A program made the translations under genes and the position numbers. 39,676 nt of DNA from an uncultured Oscillospiraceae bacterium (GTDB lineage Bacteria > Bacillota > Clostridia > Oscillospirales > Ruminococcaceae). Position 1 is the first letter of the stretch; each line of letters opens with the position of its first letter. Under the pieces are notes generated by a model that was given only the letters and a program-made list of their open reading frames with translations, was not told the origin of the DNA and made no database searches. The stretch is from NCBI GenBank assembly GCA_964576395.1, contig CAZNVF010000001.1, forward strand, positions 1 to 39,676, read 5' to 3'. Of the stretch, positions 37,932-39,676 are shown piece by piece.

Positions 37932-38163
37932 GCATTTAATTACATAAGTTTGTACGGTTGCTTTTACCTACTATTGCCCCAAAAAGCAACAAATTTTCTA
38001 TGGGAAGTAACTGCTTTTGCTGTAAATTTTTATGGATTTTAATGGCCGCACTGGTATTGCTGAAGAATAGGAAGCGGCCCGATCGCGGATGGGAAACCGG
38101 TTCAAACGGCCGCCGCTATATGGATGCCACAAGATATGCTAAAAACAAATAGAAAGCAATAAG

Positions 38164-38200
38164 GGAGAAGCTACGTTTCTGTGCGGCTGCTCCTTTATCA
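38164..38200. terminator. Imperfect hairpin just downstream of the endolysin stop
   Basis: GGAGAAGC pairs with GCTGCTCC (one mismatch). A T-rich tract follows on the plus strand and a weaker one on the minus strand. Confidence 0.3.
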
Positions 38201-38207
38201 CTTCTTT

Positions 38208-38885
38208 TTATTTTGCCAGTTCGGCTATTTTTGCAAGGCGGTCTTCCAGTTCGGCTATCCGGGATCTGAGTTCATTGCACTCATCGGGAGGCTTGGGCTC
38301 GGCTGGTGAAAAATCAGTGTAACAGATATCGGTATCCACATTCCCGGCTATACCGGGAACTTTTCCGGTGCTGCTGTTTTGCCAAATGTCGTAATGGCCG
38401 GAATATGTGGTTGCCACATTCCACTGCGCCACCCAGATATAGTATTTGTCAAGAAGCTCCGGATAGGCGTTTTTCAGCGTTTCAAGGTAGCTTTTATTGG
38501 CGTAAAGGCCGGCTTTAAAACCAGCAGAAGCGACTTTTTCACAAAAGGTGTCGATTATTTCCGCCTGTTTTGCCAAGGGAAGAGCCCGCTGGCTGCTCTC
38601 CTCAAAGTCGAGAAAGAGCGGAAGCTCCGGTGCAGAGCCGGAAACGGTATTTAGAAAGAAATCCGCTTCTGCTGCGGCCTCTTCTGGGGTCAGGGCATAG
38701 GAATAGTGGTAAAAACCATAAGGAACGTCATTTTCTTCGCAGCCATTTAAATTTGCCGCGAAACATTTATCAATACGGTTTTGTGCGAAAGATGAACGTA
38801 TCACTGCGAACTCAACGCCGCCATCTTTGGCCTTTTTCCAGTCTATGCTGCCCTGGTAAGATGAAACATCTATACCGTTTTTCAT
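38208..38885 (-). CDS. GH25 muramidase (phage endolysin) with a short C-terminal coiled coil
   Basis: 225 aa. MKNGIDVSSYQGSIDW...EFAVIR...FYHY is the GH25 signature. The tail CNELRSRIAELEDRLAKIAELAK is heptad-like. I recognise no SH3, LysM or CW-binding repeats. Confidence 0.85.
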   Translation of the reverse strand: MKNGIDVSSYQGSIDWKKAKDGGVEFAVIRSSFAQNRIDKCFAANLNGCEENDVPYGFYHYSYALTPEEAAAEADFFLNTVSGSAPELPLFLDFEESSQRALPLAKQAEIIDTFCEKVASAGFKAGLYANKSYLETLKNAYPELLDKYYIWVAQWNVATTYSGHYDIWQNSSTGKVPGIAGNVDTDICYTDFSPAEPKPPDECNELRSRIAELEDRLAKIAELAK

Positions 38886-39187
38886 TTGCTTATCTCCCCA
38901 ATCTGTACGTCTTTTTCGCCTCCCAAACTGTCATAGCCAAGGGCGCGTTCGCTGTCACCAAAGCCCTTTGTGGTGGGGTCAGTTATGGCGTTCCAAAACG
39001 AAACAAGCACTGCAACAACGGTGACAGGGCTTTCAAAAGCACCTTTAAGCACCGTTAAAAGCATTGGCCAGCTTGTCATATCGCTCCACTTGAGCCCGAC
39101 AGCCGCAAGCATTGGCAGCAGGATCGCGGCGGCGACCTCAGCATACCATATGGGATTTTTAAGGCGTACCTTCCAGTTTATGTTCAT
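38882..39187 (-). CDS. Phage holin (phiLC3/LL-H family)
   Basis: NINWKVRLKNPIWY...DPTTKGFGDSERALGY matches Phage_holin_1. The start is probably ATG 39187, behind AAAGGAG; the track start is 39208. It overlaps the endolysin start by 4 nt. Confidence 0.8.
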   Translation of the reverse strand: MNINWKVRLKNPIWYAEVAAAILLPMLAAVGLKWSDMTSWPMLLTVLKGAFESPVTVVAVLVSFWNAITDPTTKGFGDSERALGYDSLGGEKDVQIGEISK

Positions 39188-39227
39188 ATTAGATAAAACT
39201 CCTTTCATGTTATTAAGCGGGTGTTTT

Positions 39228-39479
39228 TCAGCATATTGCAGTACTATTTTCCATCTTTGATTTTAAAACGGCCATATCGGCTTCGGTTTTATATATCCGT
39301 TCAAACAGGCCGCTTTGCTTTTCAACGGCAGCCTCAAGACTTTCAAGCCGAAGGACTATTTGAGAATTCTGCTCAATAATAGAACGTTCGCGAGATTCTC
39401 TTTCACGGCGGTTTATCAAAAGCTGTACAATAACGGTAGCAATGGCGGTTATAAGTGCCGCCACAACTGCTTCGCTCAT
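39228..39479 (-). CDS. Small N-terminally membrane-anchored coiled-coil protein of the lysis module
   Basis: 83 aa with an N-terminal hydrophobic helix (AVVAALITAIATVIVQLLI) and then a charged heptad-like region. The SD is AGGGGG. Its position resembles XhlA-type accessory proteins, but the topology is reversed. Confidence 0.55.
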   Translation of the reverse strand: MSEAVVAALITAIATVIVQLLINRRERESRERSIIEQNSQIVLRLESLEAAVEKQSGLFERIYKTEADMAVLKSKMENSTAIC

Positions 39480-39491
39480 GTAAATACCCCC

Positions 39492-39676
39492 TCATTCAAA
39501 GCTCAGGCCGTATATTCGGCCGTAAGCATTGGAAACGTCGTAGATTGAAAAATCGCTGTATTCGCTCATTTCGCTGTCGGTGCAGCCTGCGGCACCCCAA
39601 GTTGTGGATTGTATTATAAGTTTGTCGTTCCCGCATAGCAGTTCCTTGCTTCCAGAGCTTCCACAAAGGTAAGCGC
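39492..39676 (-). CDS. 3' end of a phage late gene (partial; the 5' end lies outside the window)
   Basis: The frame is open from the window edge to TGA 39492-39494 and ends ...TTWGAAGCTDSEMSEYSDFSIYDVSNAYGRIYGLSFE. Function is unknown; position suggests a tail fibre or receptor-binding protein. Confidence 0.5.
   Translation of the reverse strand, partial: AYLCGSSGSKELLCGNDKLIIQSTTWGAAGCTDSEMSEYSDFSIYDVSNAYGRIYGLSFE

Larger units (their letters stand above)
38208..39676 (-). mobile_element. Terminal (lysis-module) end of a prophage that extends beyond the right edge of the window
   Basis: The gene order is late gene, small membrane protein, holin, then GH25 endolysin, with short gaps or overlaps. 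This is the typical last block of a Firmicutes siphophage/myophage late operon. Confidence 0.7.

Overview
This window is a Firmicutes/Clostridia-type chromosomal core region. The signs are GGAGG Shine-Dalgarno sites, near-consensus sigma-A promoters, AddAB, a PdaA-like sporulation deacetylase and B. subtilis-like synteny. I support about 30 protein genes, most on the minus strand. In minus-strand reading order (high to low coordinates) the main blocks are: (1) infC-rpmI-rplT behind an L20-leader-type attenuator, followed by a TrmH-family methyltransferase; (2) dprA-topA-trmFO-plsX-rnc-radical SAM, then smc, then a glycosyltransferase-like gene and coaX; (3) addB-addA; (4) DUF1294-rlmA-TSCPD, a galactokinase-family gene, a deoxyinosine/uracil-DNA-glycosylase-family gene and tmcAL. 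On the plus strand are pepF, a YeiI-like HTH-PfkB kinase, a U32 peptidase, ackA and a pdaA-like deacetylase. The last 1.5 kb (38208-39676) is the lysis end of a prophage, carrying a GH25 endolysin, a phiLC3-type holin, a small membrane coiled-coil protein and a partial upstream gene. I saw no rRNA, tRNA or CRISPR array. I did not find a convincing novel multi-gene system. The best leads are: ackA interrupted by a single in-frame TAA; topA with no canonical start codon (ACG sits at the ideal distance from a GGGAGG SD); an ~860-bp AT-rich coding desert with gene remnants between the glycosylase and tmcAL; a possible structured RNA in the tmcAL/ackA divergent spacer; and the prophage/chromosome junction, which holds a small membrane ORF. 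Several long ORF-track entries are N-terminal over-extensions or antisense shadows, and I trimmed or rejected them.
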